Virus record (IMG/VR): IMGVR_UViG_3300042894_003945 | Location: 32,001-96,000 of that record | Length of the DNA stretch: 64,000 bases | Source: a virus | Reading direction: 5' to 3' (one strand) | Part shown: positions 46,274 through 57,000 of the stretch, in pieces | Numbering within the stretch: position 1 is the stretch's first letter | How the letters are laid out: each line of letters opens with the position of its first letter | Notes under the pieces: generated by a model | Databases searched by the model: none | Seen by the model: only the letters and a program-made list of their open reading frames with translations | What the model was told of the DNA's origin: nothing | Program-made: the position numbers and the translations under genes

Positions 46274-47527
46274 TTATACAAATTTACCTACAGCTATTAT
46301 CTCATCTTGAGTATCTAAAACATACCCTAAAGTACCTGTATCTATAGTCAAAACGGTATTAAGTCCTGACTCTACAAAAGAAATTATATGAGTTGAATCA
46401 ACATATACTCCATTTACAAAAAACTTAAAATCAGAAACAGATGTAGCCGGTAAACCTGATCCTATTGGAGGCTGTTTAAAGGCTGTGTTTAAGAATGTAG
46501 CTGTGCTAGTTGTTGTAGAAGCTGCATCTGCTTTCTTTGTTTCTGATGTATTTAAATACAATAATATATCGGTAGTTGTTGTTGTGTTTGTTATATTAGT
46601 CACGTTTACTCCTTCAGGTATATAAGATGTCAATGCTTTCTTAGGCTTATTAGGCGCTTTAAACGTAACATTTTCTACATCTTGACTAGATGCTTCCATA
46701 GTGAATAAAACTTGCGCTTTAGACCTATATTTAAGCGCATTTGCAGCCAAGTGCTTTCCAATATTACTAGGAGTTAAGTATCCATTCATTGTTAGAGTGA
46801 ACGTACTTACAAATCTTCTGTCAGACCCATCTGTAATTTCGTTAGTTATAGGAAAACTATCTACTCTAGCTTTAAAAAGAAATTTACCAGGCTCTCCCCA
46901 ATAAGAATCAGCTCTAAAACTTATATCTTCAATTACTTTATTTATATCTTCGTAAAAAGAAGTGTAGATAGTACACGTGTAGGTCAAGGTATAGTAGTCA
47001 GGAACCACTACATTATAAAATTCTTTTACAGGAACTCTATTTGTAAGCACTGCAAAGTTATCATATTGGTTTTTTGTGGTATATTTTTTTTCATAAGTTT
47101 GAAATATATTTACAGTATTTCCGTCTAACTTATGACTTAAGTTTCTATTTCTCTCTAAATTATCTCTTCTTATAGTAATAATAGGCAGCATTATTCTACC
47201 TTCCTTATCTCTATAAACCCCATCTTTTTGTGCTGTTTTCCATCTTTCGGCATCAGCAAATATTACAGGGATGTTTTGTTTTGTCCCTTCATTTATAACA
47301 TACGGTCTAATAACTTCCTGATAATAATACAATATAGCACTATCTATGTCTTCTAAACCTACAGATACATCTTTAAATTCTTCTCCCCTCATTGACACAT
47401 CTTCCCCTCTTTTATACTCATGTATAGGAGGTTTTTGGACGTTGTCGTAGTTGGGAGTTATTAGACTGTTTAAAATCTCTGCCTCAGTCTTAGGTACATT
47501 TTTTATGACTCTTTTTTGTAAAGGCAT
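46274..47527 (-). CDS. Tail completion / sheath terminator-like protein (gp15-like) with C-terminal extension
   Basis: GLEDIDSAI, IPVIFADAERW, LPIITIRR and PDYYTLTY motifs; follows the neck genes. Confidence 0.6.
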   Translation of the reverse strand: MPLQKRVIKNVPKTEAEILNSLITPNYDNVQKPPIHEYKRGEDVSMRGEEFKDVSVGLEDIDSAILYYYQEVIRPYVINEGTKQNIPVIFADAERWKTAQKDGVYRDKEGRIMLPIITIRRDNLERNRNLSHKLDGNTVNIFQTYEKKYTTKNQYDNFAVLTNRVPVKEFYNVVVPDYYTLTYTCTIYTSFYEDINKVIEDISFRADSYWGEPGKFLFKARVDSFPITNEITDGSDRRFVSTFTLTMNGYLTPSNIGKHLAANALKYRSKAQVLFTMEASSQDVENVTFKAPNKPKKALTSYIPEGVNVTNITNTTTTTDILLYLNTSETKKADAASTTTSTATFLNTAFKQPPIGSGLPATSVSDFKFFVNGVYVDSTHIISFVESGLNTVLTIDTGTLGYVLDTQDEIIAVGKFV

Positions 47528-47528
47528 A

Positions 47529-48017
47529 TTATGTAGATTTTATAATATTTAACTTATTTACACCAGTAAGATGCGTCTTACATTTTATAGACCAAGACTC
47601 ACCATACTTTTCTAAATCAGATTCAAGAGAGTATTCAGGATTTTTACCCATTACAAATTGATTTTCTATTACTAGATCAACTTCATAATAAGCCTCTTTC
47701 AAATATATTATATCCCCTACTTCCATAATTAAATTTATATCTATAAGATCCTCTCTCAAAAATCTAAATTCTGCCATTTGTCCTATTGACTTTCCGAAAG
47801 ATTGGTCCTCTGATACCTGATCATCTATTGCGTAAAAACAAGCTATTAATATAGGCTGATCATACATTTTATTTTTAGACTCTCCGTATATGTTGTATTT
47901 AGTTTCTGATAAAGACAGTTTATAATACAGTATTTCCTCAGCGACTATTCTATTTACTACTTGTCTGCTGTGGTGTCTAAAAAATGATCTTGCTCTCGGT
48001 CCTCCGTAAAGTGCCAT
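47529..48017 (-). CDS. Neck / head-closure protein (gp14-like)
   Basis: NIYGES and EVGDIIY...YYEV motifs; position next to the gp13-like gene. Confidence 0.6.
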   Translation of the reverse strand: MALYGGPRARSFFRHHSRQVVNRIVAEEILYYKLSLSETKYNIYGESKNKMYDQPILIACFYAIDDQVSEDQSFGKSIGQMAEFRFLREDLIDINLIMEVGDIIYLKEAYYEVDLVIENQFVMGKNPEYSLESDLEKYGESWSIKCKTHLTGVNKLNIIKST

Positions 48018-48412
48018 TAATCAGTTTTTACAAGGGTGTCTAATTTGGGAGATGCCGCAACTATGCCTGGAATATTATTTAGACCTTTTTCTTTATCAGA
48101 CCTTACCATAGCATGCTTTATAAAATTTACATGCTTTCTAGGATCTTTATTAGTTATAAATTTAACTTCTACAGTACTGTATTCGTAGTCCTTTAGAGTT
48201 CTGTTTATTTTATCCAGTCTTTCGTCTCCTCTCAAATCTACAATAGTTACTGTAGGAATGCCTCTAACTCTTTCAACCGCCTGTACTCTATTTATTTTTC
48301 TTTTAAATTTTACAAGAAAAACACAAGAGTAGCTATGAAATATTTTTTTTATAGACTCTTTTCTCTTAAATCTATAGTCACGATCTTCTAATATGATATC
48401 AATTAGTTTCAC
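48017..48412 (-). CDS. Hypothetical protein with LxE-type leader
   Basis: N-terminus MKLIDIILED; overlaps both neighbours by 1 nt. Confidence 0.6.
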   Translation of the reverse strand: MKLIDIILEDRDYRFKRKESIKKIFHSYSCVFLVKFKRKINRVQAVERVRGIPTVTIVDLRGDERLDKINRTLKDYEYSTVEVKFITNKDPRKHVNFIKHAMVRSDKEKGLNNIPGIVAASPKLDTLVKTD

Positions 48413-49578
48413 TATGCTATTATTATTGGCATTGGGAAATTTATAAAAGTCTCTCTCATCGTACTAGCTTCTTGAGATTTTTTCTCAAGTTGTTTTTGAC
48501 GAGATGTGTCATCTAGTGTCCCTCTTAATTGTTCTACCAAAGCAGTTTTTTCTGCGTTTGCTTGATCAATTAATGTTTGTCCATTAATAGTAACTTCTGC
48601 TCCTGGAACAGGTATCTGGCTGTATACGCCTCGTATATTACCTAATGTTTCTTTTGTTACAGCTAGAGCATAATCAAATATCCATTTTTTAAATATGTCG
48701 TTTATTTGATTATAATTAATGTTATTATAAGGAACGTTACTTACGTTTGTTATCAATCCATTAGAAGGGTTTCTGTATACAGCACTCCTTTCTGATTTTT
48801 TAATGTATGTAAAAAACAATCTTTTATCAAAAGTAGGTATTGGGAATATTTTAAGCCTGTTATTTATAAGCTCAAAACTATAACCAGACTTTCTTATCTG
48901 ATCATTAAACTCAATTGCTTGTATCTTTAAAACATCAAAGTATACAGGCATCAACATAAAGTTAATTCCAGGAGAAAATTGTCCAAATCCAAATGTCTCC
49001 ATTAATGATTGAAGTCCTGTACCAGTTCCAGCATATGGATCAAAGTATCTTACTATCGCTGGAGGTGCTTCATAGAATATTCTTTTAATTTCTATGCTAT
49101 CTCCAGGAGCTAATGATGCAGAAGCGCTAGCCCATGCGTTTAGATCGTAATGTTGTTTACCAGATATTAGGTCTATAGACCCAGAGTAGTAGTTTATATT
49201 ACCTCCACTAGCAACTTCGCTACCATAATCAGCAGCTATTCTAAACATGTTATCAAAATTCGGTTGAATTAGAGTCGTGTTTAGTGCGCTACCTGTTGTA
49301 TTTCCTTCTAGAGATAGGTAGTTCTCCCTTATTTTATACTCATATAGCTCCTTTCCATAAACAGCTACAGCATCTTCTAAAGAAGCATAGAAATTGATGT
49401 CTTGAAGTTCAATTTCCATAATTGGATAGCCTAATCTTCTAGCAGCAAACTTTACAAATTTTTGACCATCTACCTGAAATTCAGAATCGTTGTCAAAAAA
49501 TCCAAAAGGTGTGTTTCCTGATACCGGAAGTAATGCTACATTAGCATCATAATATTGTATTTCTACTTGGCCAGCCAT
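48412..49578 (-). CDS. Neck / head-tail adaptor protein (gp13-like)
   Basis: RRLGYPIMEIEL, WIFDYALAVTKETLGNIRG and IPVPGAEVTING motifs. Confidence 0.8.
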   Translation of the reverse strand: MAGQVEIQYYDANVALLPVSGNTPFGFFDNDSEFQVDGQKFVKFAARRLGYPIMEIELQDINFYASLEDAVAVYGKELYEYKIRENYLSLEGNTTGSALNTTLIQPNFDNMFRIAADYGSEVASGGNINYYSGSIDLISGKQHYDLNAWASASASLAPGDSIEIKRIFYEAPPAIVRYFDPYAGTGTGLQSLMETFGFGQFSPGINFMLMPVYFDVLKIQAIEFNDQIRKSGYSFELINNRLKIFPIPTFDKRLFFTYIKKSERSAVYRNPSNGLITNVSNVPYNNINYNQINDIFKKWIFDYALAVTKETLGNIRGVYSQIPVPGAEVTINGQTLIDQANAEKTALVEQLRGTLDDTSRQKQLEKKSQEASTMRETFINFPMPIIIA

Positions 49579-49605
49579 TATAATTCTTTATAAATATAAA
49601 TATTA

Positions 49606-50295
49606 CTAACTCCTGTATTGTTCAAATACAGAAAGCATAGGATCAACTATAGGATGTCTATGATTAGTTTGTAAGGTTATAATACTAAATCCCGGTATGT
49701 CTTTCATATGTTTACAAACAAAATCAAACCCTGAATCTTTTTTATTTCTTAAATCTATCTGGGCTGAGTCTCCACATATGATTATTTTAGAACCTAAACA
49801 CAGTCTTCCCATTATTAATTCTAACTGATTTTCAGAACAGTTTTGTGCTTCGTCTATTATAACTATGCAGTTAGTAAAATTAAATCCTCTTAAAAATCCT
49901 ACCGGGATTATTTCTATGAGTCCTTCTGTAACTATCTTTTCTATTTTTTCTTTACCGCATAATCTAAACATGTTGTCGTAAACAGGTGCAGTAAAGGGCG
50001 CCATTTTTTCTTCTTTGGTACCAGGTAGAAATCCTATCTGTTCTCCCGCTGTTATGGCTGGTCTTGCTATTATAATCTTCTCTACATCTTTTTTAAACAG
50101 CATATCTAAGGCTACTTGTGCAGCTAATAACGACTTACCGCTACCTGCTTTACCTCTTATTACTGCTATATCACTGTTTATTATTTTATCTTTGGCATTC
50201 TTTTGTTCCTCGTTTAAAGATATATTAAACTTTATAGGATTCTTTGGAACTCTCTTTGACTTAAAAACCTGATCGCTGTGATGATTAGATGACAT
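49606..50295 (-). CDS. phoH: PhoH-like ATPase
   Basis: GKAGSGKS, ARP...GFLPG, FLRG, IIDEAQN, GDSAQID and RHP motifs. Confidence 0.95.
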   Translation of the reverse strand: MSSNHHSDQVFKSKRVPKNPIKFNISLNEEQKNAKDKIINSDIAVIRGKAGSGKSLLAAQVALDMLFKKDVEKIIIARPAITAGEQIGFLPGTKEEKMAPFTAPVYDNMFRLCGKEKIEKIVTEGLIEIIPVGFLRGFNFTNCIVIIDEAQNCSENQLELIMGRLCLGSKIIICGDSAQIDLRNKKDSGFDFVCKHMKDIPGFSIITLQTNHRHPIVDPMLSVFEQYRS

Positions 50296-50325
50296 AAACG
50301 CTTTTATATAAATATTTTAAAGTAA

Positions 50326-50354
50326 ATAAAAAAGCCGGGACGAACCCGGCTTTC
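50326..50354 (-). terminator. Intrinsic terminator after the major capsid gene
   Basis: Minus strand AAAGCCGGG-TTCGT-CCCGGCTTT followed by a T-tract. Confidence 0.9.
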
Positions 50355-50372
50355 TTAATATTTAGATTCTCA

Positions 50373-52013
50373 TTAGAATCCGCTGTTGAGGTCAGCAACT
50401 TCAACTTTACCGAAGAATTCGGAACGCAACATTTTCTTAGCGTACCTGGTCATAAGACCTTTTCTTGGTGTGAAAGTTTCTGGATCATACAACAATGGAG
50501 TCATGATCAATGGAATGTAAGGGGCAAATACCGCACCTGTTTCCAAGAACTGGCTACCTTTGTAAGCCAATAGGATGGTGTTCTCATTCATGTATGGGTT
50601 AACATACACTTTGTAACGGCTATTCAATTGACCAGCTTTGTGTGAACCCATTGCAAATTCTTCTTTGCTACCATCGGTATCAGCGGCATAGCCAGGGATA
50701 GATTCGATGATTGTAGCGATAGAAGGTCCGCACATAAGTACGTTAGCTTGACCACGCAAAGTCTTTTGGTGGATCTTACGAGCTACACCTTGGATCTTAG
50801 TACCAAGAGTGGCGAACCACTGACCTTGAGTGTTATAGTAACCACCTGCACCAGCAGTTTGTTGAGACCAAGTACCTGCTACTCTGTTGTAGAAAGTGTT
50901 GGCAGCAGCTGACCAGTAATCAGTGGTGTTAGCGTTTTGGATCAACATGTCGATGATTTCGAGGTCGATCTCAAGAGAGATATATTCTGACAGAGTAGAA
51001 GTCAACTCAGCTTCAGCATCAAGAGACTGGTATGCATTCAGGTCTTGGCTGAATTCAGGAGTCCACTTTGCTTTTAACTTTCTAGTTTTAGCAACTACAG
51101 CCTCAGAACGAAGTTCAACGTTGATCTCAGGGATAGCGTTAGAACCAGTCAAAGGAGATGATGCTGCATCTTCGAAGTCACCACGGCTGTTGTCAGCAGG
51201 TTGCTTCTGATAGAATACTACGCCAGAACCAGAACCCAAGTTCAATTGACCAGCAGAGCCAGATACAATGAAAGAAAGGGTATCGTTAGAAGCGTAAGAA
51301 GTAAATTCAGCAAACAAGTTGCTTTCGTTTACACCACTACCAGTTACGATGAAACCACGTACAGCGTTGATGTCGAGGTTAGTCAAAGAACCGCTAGCAG
51401 AAGTTACTGACAACTTACGAAGTCTACCAGCAGCAGCAGATGCACTGTAGATAGAGTTGAAGTTAACGTCAGCAGCAGATGCTGTTGTGATAGTGTAGTT
51501 TACAGATGCAGAGTAGTTGTTGATTGAGTAACCAAAACGACCTGCGCCGTAAAGACCACCAGAAGGATCAACATCTTTTACATTTGTAGTACCGTACATG
51601 CTGTCACCAGATGTGAAACGGTTTTGTTGAGCTGTACCAGGACGGTTGTTACCATACTTGAATTCTAAGAAGAATACAAGACCAGCAGGTAAAGTCATTG
51701 GTTGTACGCTAACGAACTCTTTAGAAGAGATTTCAGCGAAGATTTTACGAACCAATGGAAGAGCTACACCAGCCCATTGCTCGCCAGCACCTACGGTGAA
51801 TGTTCCACCAGTACCAGTTTGTGATTGTTCTACGAGAAGCTGCTTAGCTTGGTTCTCAAGGATGATAGACATCCTTTCTCTACCATAGGCCTGGTTCTTA
51901 AGGTCGTTACCTTCAAGAAGACCCGTAGCTTCCCACTTCTTTACTAACCTTTGCGCCTCAGTCATCTGAGATGCGTACGGGTTAGAACTTTCGAGGAGAG
52001 ATTGTACGTTCAT
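50373..52013 (-). CDS. gp23: Major capsid protein (T4 gp23-like)
   Basis: KKWEATGLLEG, LPLVRK, VSVQPMTLPAGLVF, AKTRKLKAKWTPE..QDL, EIDLEI, APYIPL and FTPRKGLMTRY motifs. Confidence 0.97.
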   Translation of the reverse strand: MNVQSLLESSNPYASQMTEAQRLVKKWEATGLLEGNDLKNQAYGRERMSIILENQAKQLLVEQSQTGTGGTFTVGAGEQWAGVALPLVRKIFAEISSKEFVSVQPMTLPAGLVFFLEFKYGNNRPGTAQQNRFTSGDSMYGTTNVKDVDPSGGLYGAGRFGYSINNYSASVNYTITTASAADVNFNSIYSASAAAGRLRKLSVTSASGSLTNLDINAVRGFIVTGSGVNESNLFAEFTSYASNDTLSFIVSGSAGQLNLGSGSGVVFYQKQPADNSRGDFEDAASSPLTGSNAIPEINVELRSEAVVAKTRKLKAKWTPEFSQDLNAYQSLDAEAELTSTLSEYISLEIDLEIIDMLIQNANTTDYWSAAANTFYNRVAGTWSQQTAGAGGYYNTQGQWFATLGTKIQGVARKIHQKTLRGQANVLMCGPSIATIIESIPGYAADTDGSKEEFAMGSHKAGQLNSRYKVYVNPYMNENTILLAYKGSQFLETGAVFAPYIPLIMTPLLYDPETFTPRKGLMTRYAKKMLRSEFFGKVEVADLNSGF

Positions 52014-52038
52014 TTTTTGTTTTTTTTATTTTGTTTTT

Positions 52039-53226
52039 TTATTTGATAATACCAGCGAGTTTCTGCCACCTAGATACTTGCGCATCAGCATCAGTAATCA
52101 CGCCTTCATTTATAACACGCTTAGTTGAGGTACCGGCTGCCTTAGAAGCAAATCCCATAGACTCTTTAAGACCTACTTTAGTATTGTCGTTCTTAACGCT
52201 GAAAGCTTGATCTAAAGATTCATGTACAATTTTAGCTTCTTTAGTTGTGCTAGCTTTGTCAAATGCGCTAATAACTTTTAATTTTTGTTGTTCAGAAAGA
52301 TTGTACTTACGTAAAATCTTATTTAAGTAAAGAAGTTTAGCGTTGATCAAGTTAGTTTCGTTAACTTTTTGAGCTAACTCAGCAGCTTGACGCTTAATTT
52401 CCTGTAGTTCTTCACTATCATTCTTTTTATCCATCATACCTTTTTCTTCCTTCTTTTCTTCAAGCCCCTTTGCTTTAGCTGCGCTTTGTGCAATTGATTG
52501 AAGCTTTTTGAAAATATCAGGATGTTTTTGTTCAAGGTAATCTGATAATTTAGCGATGCCAGCGCCTGCAGCTCCTAATGCTGCGCCGCCTGCTAATCCC
52601 TGTAAAATATCCATCATTGTAGAAGCGTCTTCTTTTACTACTTCCTCATCATCAGCTTCTTCTTCCATATTGTAGCCTTCATCGTCACCACCATCTTCCA
52701 TTTCAGCAAGAAGTGCAGCGATGTCGATTTCTTCGTCTACTGATTTTTCATTATCATCGTCTCCATTTTCTTCCTCAGAATCATCATCGTCAGAATGGCT
52801 TTTCTTACCTTCTTTTTGTGGCTCCATGTCATCATCACCCTCGTCTTCAACTTCCATTACTTCCTTCTTTTCATCATCGTCATCACTGTCATCACCTTTT
52901 TCACCTTTTTCAAGTTCAGCTATGATTTCATCAAGATCGAAAGCTTCGTCAGCGTCACCTTCTATGTCTCCTTCAGCTTCTTCTTCCATACCGTAGCCTT
53001 CGTCATCACCTTCTTTTTCATGCTTTTCCTCTTCCATTTTATTATCATCATCAGAATCTTCGTACTCTTCTTCAAGATCGTCAGCTTCTTCTGATAAACG
53101 AGCGGCAAGCATTGCCTTAACTTTAGAATCAAAAGCTTCGTTTAAACTAGCTTTTGCATTCTCAATAGCCATTTTTTTGATAGCATCCGCTTCTGCGATT
53201 GCTTCTTTGAGCAAATTTGTGTTCAT
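52039..53226 (-). CDS. Prohead scaffold/core protein (gp22-like)
   Basis: LLKEAIAEA..K..AIENAK N-terminus, highly acidic middle, NLINAKLLY and C-terminal RWQKLAGI; between protease and MCP. Confidence 0.85.
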   Translation of the reverse strand: MNTNLLKEAIAEADAIKKMAIENAKASLNEAFDSKVKAMLAARLSEEADDLEEEYEDSDDDNKMEEEKHEKEGDDEGYGMEEEAEGDIEGDADEAFDLDEIIAELEKGEKGDDSDDDDEKKEVMEVEDEGDDDMEPQKEGKKSHSDDDDSEEENGDDDNEKSVDEEIDIAALLAEMEDGGDDEGYNMEEEADDEEVVKEDASTMMDILQGLAGGAALGAAGAGIAKLSDYLEQKHPDIFKKLQSIAQSAAKAKGLEEKKEEKGMMDKKNDSEELQEIKRQAAELAQKVNETNLINAKLLYLNKILRKYNLSEQQKLKVISAFDKASTTKEAKIVHESLDQAFSVKNDNTKVGLKESMGFASKAAGTSTKRVINEGVITDADAQVSRWQKLAGIIK

Positions 53227-53384
53227 TTTTCCTTAAATTTTTTTTTGGATTTACGCCTATTAAAGAGGTGTAATAGATTTCTTTTTATTCAACTCTTTAT
53301 AAGAAAAAGAGTATTAGGCGAATATGTCTACAATAAATATATAAAAAAAGTAAAAAAAATATATTTTATATAAATTTTTTACTC

Positions 53385-53993
53385 TTAGCAATGACAAACC
53401 CCTGTATTATTACAGATAAGGTCTTTTATAATAGTATCTATATTCTGAAAAGATTGTGTCATTTCGTATCCTTCTTTCAAGGTTAAATTAGCCCCTTGTG
53501 TAGATTCAAAAGATACTAAATCAAATGTCAACAATTTAAAATCGTCATTAACTACTACAGTTCCATCGTGAGATTCTTGAACACTTCCCATACCTCTAGA
53601 GCTAATCCCTACTGGAATTCCTCTACGAAGTAGCCCTGCAGCGATTCTACCTGCTGGGAACTCATCTCCATCTAAAATCTCAATATCTCCCATAACATCA
53701 TCTCCTTTCCAGTAAATGTTTACTATATTATGAGATACGTTTTTAAGGTTAACCACATTAGAATCGCTATGATCTAGCTCCCCTAAAGCACGGTTTTGCT
53801 TAACCATGTTGCTGTTATACTCTTCTATTTCTTTGCGCAGTACTCCTTCAGGATACACCCTACCATTCCTATTTTTAGCATTAGCCCTTTGTATGACTAC
53901 ATTCTTAATAATCATCTTCTCACCAGGCTTGTAAGCCTCAGTAAGCTTTATAGGACTTATATCTAACTTATAATATTCTGTAAGTACTTGCAT
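53385..53993 (-). CDS. gp21: Prohead protease (T4 gp21-like)
   Basis: NRNGRVYP, ALGELDH, VSH, GISSRGMGS and FDLVS motifs. Confidence 0.95.
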   Translation of the reverse strand: MQVLTEYYKLDISPIKLTEAYKPGEKMIIKNVVIQRANAKNRNGRVYPEGVLRKEIEEYNSNMVKQNRALGELDHSDSNVVNLKNVSHNIVNIYWKGDDVMGDIEILDGDEFPAGRIAAGLLRRGIPVGISSRGMGSVQESHDGTVVVNDDFKLLTFDLVSFESTQGANLTLKEGYEMTQSFQNIDTIIKDLICNNTGVCHC

Positions 53994-54004
53994 GTTATAT
54001 ATAA

Positions 54005-57000
54005 TTATCTATATTTGTTCATTTGTCTATCGGATATTACCTGTAGTGCTTGTAGTATTTTACTTTTAGGATCTATATCTTTTCTAGCTCCTTTTTCTGA
54101 GGCTTTTTGTATAAACTTTACTATTGTTTTTTCTACGTGACCTAAATTAGGATTTTTTTGTATTCCTTTAGACAATGTTCTATCTCTCATGTAATCACTA
54201 GCTAACTCTTCAGCATTTTTAAGCTGCTGGTCCATTGGGACATTGTCATCAAACATAGAGTCTATTTCTTTTTCGTCAGCCTCAGCCACTCTACCGCCTC
54301 TCATAGTCAATGTATTTGGTTCAAAAGGACGTGCCATTTGAGATCCTAATGGACTATCAGCCATATCATTTAAATCGTCAGGACGAGCTATTTCGTAGCC
54401 TTTAGGAGCATAAGAGTTAAATATGGCAACTCCTTCATCTCCTAACTCATGAACAAGCTTATTTACAATAGAATGTTTTTCTGTTCCGTTATACCTTACA
54501 TAAGGATCTTTGTTATCTTGAAATCCCCATTCGTATTTTTTCATGTATTCTTCAAGACGCTTTTTTTTTACTTCAGGACCTTGTGCGCCCATATATTGGT
54601 CTATACCTGCTTCTTGAAGAGCTTTTCTAATACGTGTACGGATATACGCCTCTAGTTTAGACTCTGTTGCTGGGCTTGGGAATACTCTATCTAAAACTCC
54701 TTTAAGAGGTTCTTTAATATCATTTATTTTTCTAGGAGATCCAAATTGATCACTATTATCTGGGTTATATACCCCTGTTACATTTCCACTCTTTGTACCA
54801 GTAAATGTAGCTTGAGAATTGTCATCTAGAGTAATAACTAATTCATTTTTTTCTTTATTAAAAGTAGCCTTTACAGCATTTCCTGTAACCTGCGCCACTT
54901 TGTCCAAATCATTTGGGTCTGATTCTATGACAAAAGATATTTGTGTTTTTAACTTAGCTTCGTCTTCTTTGGAAAGTTCTTCTTTTACATTTTTTTCTGA
55001 TACGTCACTTTTTCTAGTTAGATTTATTCCGTATTTAGGTAGATTTATTTTACTAACAGTAATATAATTAGTAGAACCCAAACTATTCTTAAGATCATCT
55101 GCTTCTTTTTCTGTAGGAAATCCTTTAATAACACGTTTATCAGCTTTATTTACTACAAAGTACAAAGCTGGTCCTCCTTTTTCTGATTTTACAGGTTCAT
55201 TTAATGGAACGGGGCTGTTTACTTTTAAAACTCCTTTTACAGTATCGTATATTGTGTTTCCAGTGTCTTTAGATATGCCTCTTTTTTTCTCCATTTCAAA
55301 ATCAAATGAAGGTTGTTTTTGAGCCCCGGCGTCTATTTTAAAATCAGGAACAAGTTTTTTAATCCTACTTAAAGGCATGATTAAATCTTCGCTTTTTTTG
55401 TCTCCTATTTTAAAATTAACGCTATACACTTTATCCCCAGGTTGCACCTTTCCTACTAATGCCGCTACGTCTTTTGGATTTGTAGGATCAAAATAAGAAT
55501 CATCGGCTGTTCTAACTTTCTTTTCTCCTGAAAGGCTTCTATACCCTCTTAGTTTCTTTTCTGCATCTTGTGTTTTAGGTTCTTCCCCTTTAGTAGGTTT
55601 ATTTTTTTTATACTCTTCTTCCGGTACTATAGACTCCACTCCACTTAATTTTGGAGTTCTTGAAAGTCTTTCAATATTCTCAGCTTGTCTTTTATCTAAA
55701 AACACTTTGTATATTCCAGGTGCATATTTAGACACTTTACCTGAATCATACCTTTTTGCTAGATCAAGTGCAGGTGCAGTAAAATTTCCTTCATCATCAG
55801 TAGCAAGAGTTACTGCGTAGTATTGTTTTTCCCTTTTTTGTATATCTTCAGATATTCTTTGGCTGCTTTTCATTTGTTTCATTTTATCGTACGCGTATTT
55901 AATTCTATTATATAAATCTGGATTTTCTGTAAAACCCTTTATATAATTTTTTATATCTTCTATTATCCTGTCTGTATCTTTTTCACTAACGCTGAGATCT
56001 AAAATAGATTTTAAAAAATCTATCATTTTATTATAATACTTTTTATGAGATAATTTTTTATCTTCTTCATCTCTGGTATCGTCTACAGAATCAGAGTAGT
56101 TTTGTATTATATTCCTTAGTGTAGATACATTATTTCGATCAGTTATAAAACTATCAACTTTGCCTTTTGTCTTACTGTCAGTTTTTTTTGTAGGAACAGC
56201 AGGTTTTTCTTTTTTCACATCAGCACTTGCCGATTTTTTTGGATCTTCAGTCGCACTACCATCCTCACTTCCAGAATAATAATATTTCTCAAAAGAGCTA
56301 TAAAGTTTTGGCCTTTCTAATGTAGTTTCTAGACTGTTAAGTACTGAATCTTCAAAATCCTCATTACCCTCTGCTTCTATTTTTACAAACTTTTTTATTT
56401 CGTCAGAAAGATTTTTTCTAACTTCTTCTTCTTTTTTAGAAGCTTTTACTCTTTCTTCTTGTGAGGCATTTAAATTATATTTAGTTGCAAAATTTACTAT
56501 AAGACTCTTTATATACTTTTGTATTTCTGGTCTTAGGAAAAATTCAGCAATTTTTAATTTTTCTGGTTTTGCGGCCGTAGGGTCTTTTCTTTTAAGTTTT
56601 TTATTCCTTTCTATATCTTCTAAATAAGTTAGATAATCCATTAAAGATGTGTTTCTAACTCCTATCCCTTTTTCATATATATCTTTAAGAGGTACCAACT
56701 CCAGTTTATGTTCGTCTGATAAATTTTTATTGGTTTTCTCTAGTTGATCTTTTGATAAGTAAATAAAATTTTTAGTTGCAAACTTTTTAACAACATCAGA
56801 ACCTTTTGCACCTCTATTATATTCTTTAGTTGACGTATAGTATATATCTTTGCTATGCTCTGGTTGATCACTTGGTACTATAGAAGCTGCTATTTTATAA
56901 TTATTTTTTAAACTGTCATATTCTGACTTTGTTAGTTTTCTATATATTACGTAGTAATGTCTTTTTTGACTATCAACTATATTTTTAAAAGCTATTTCGT

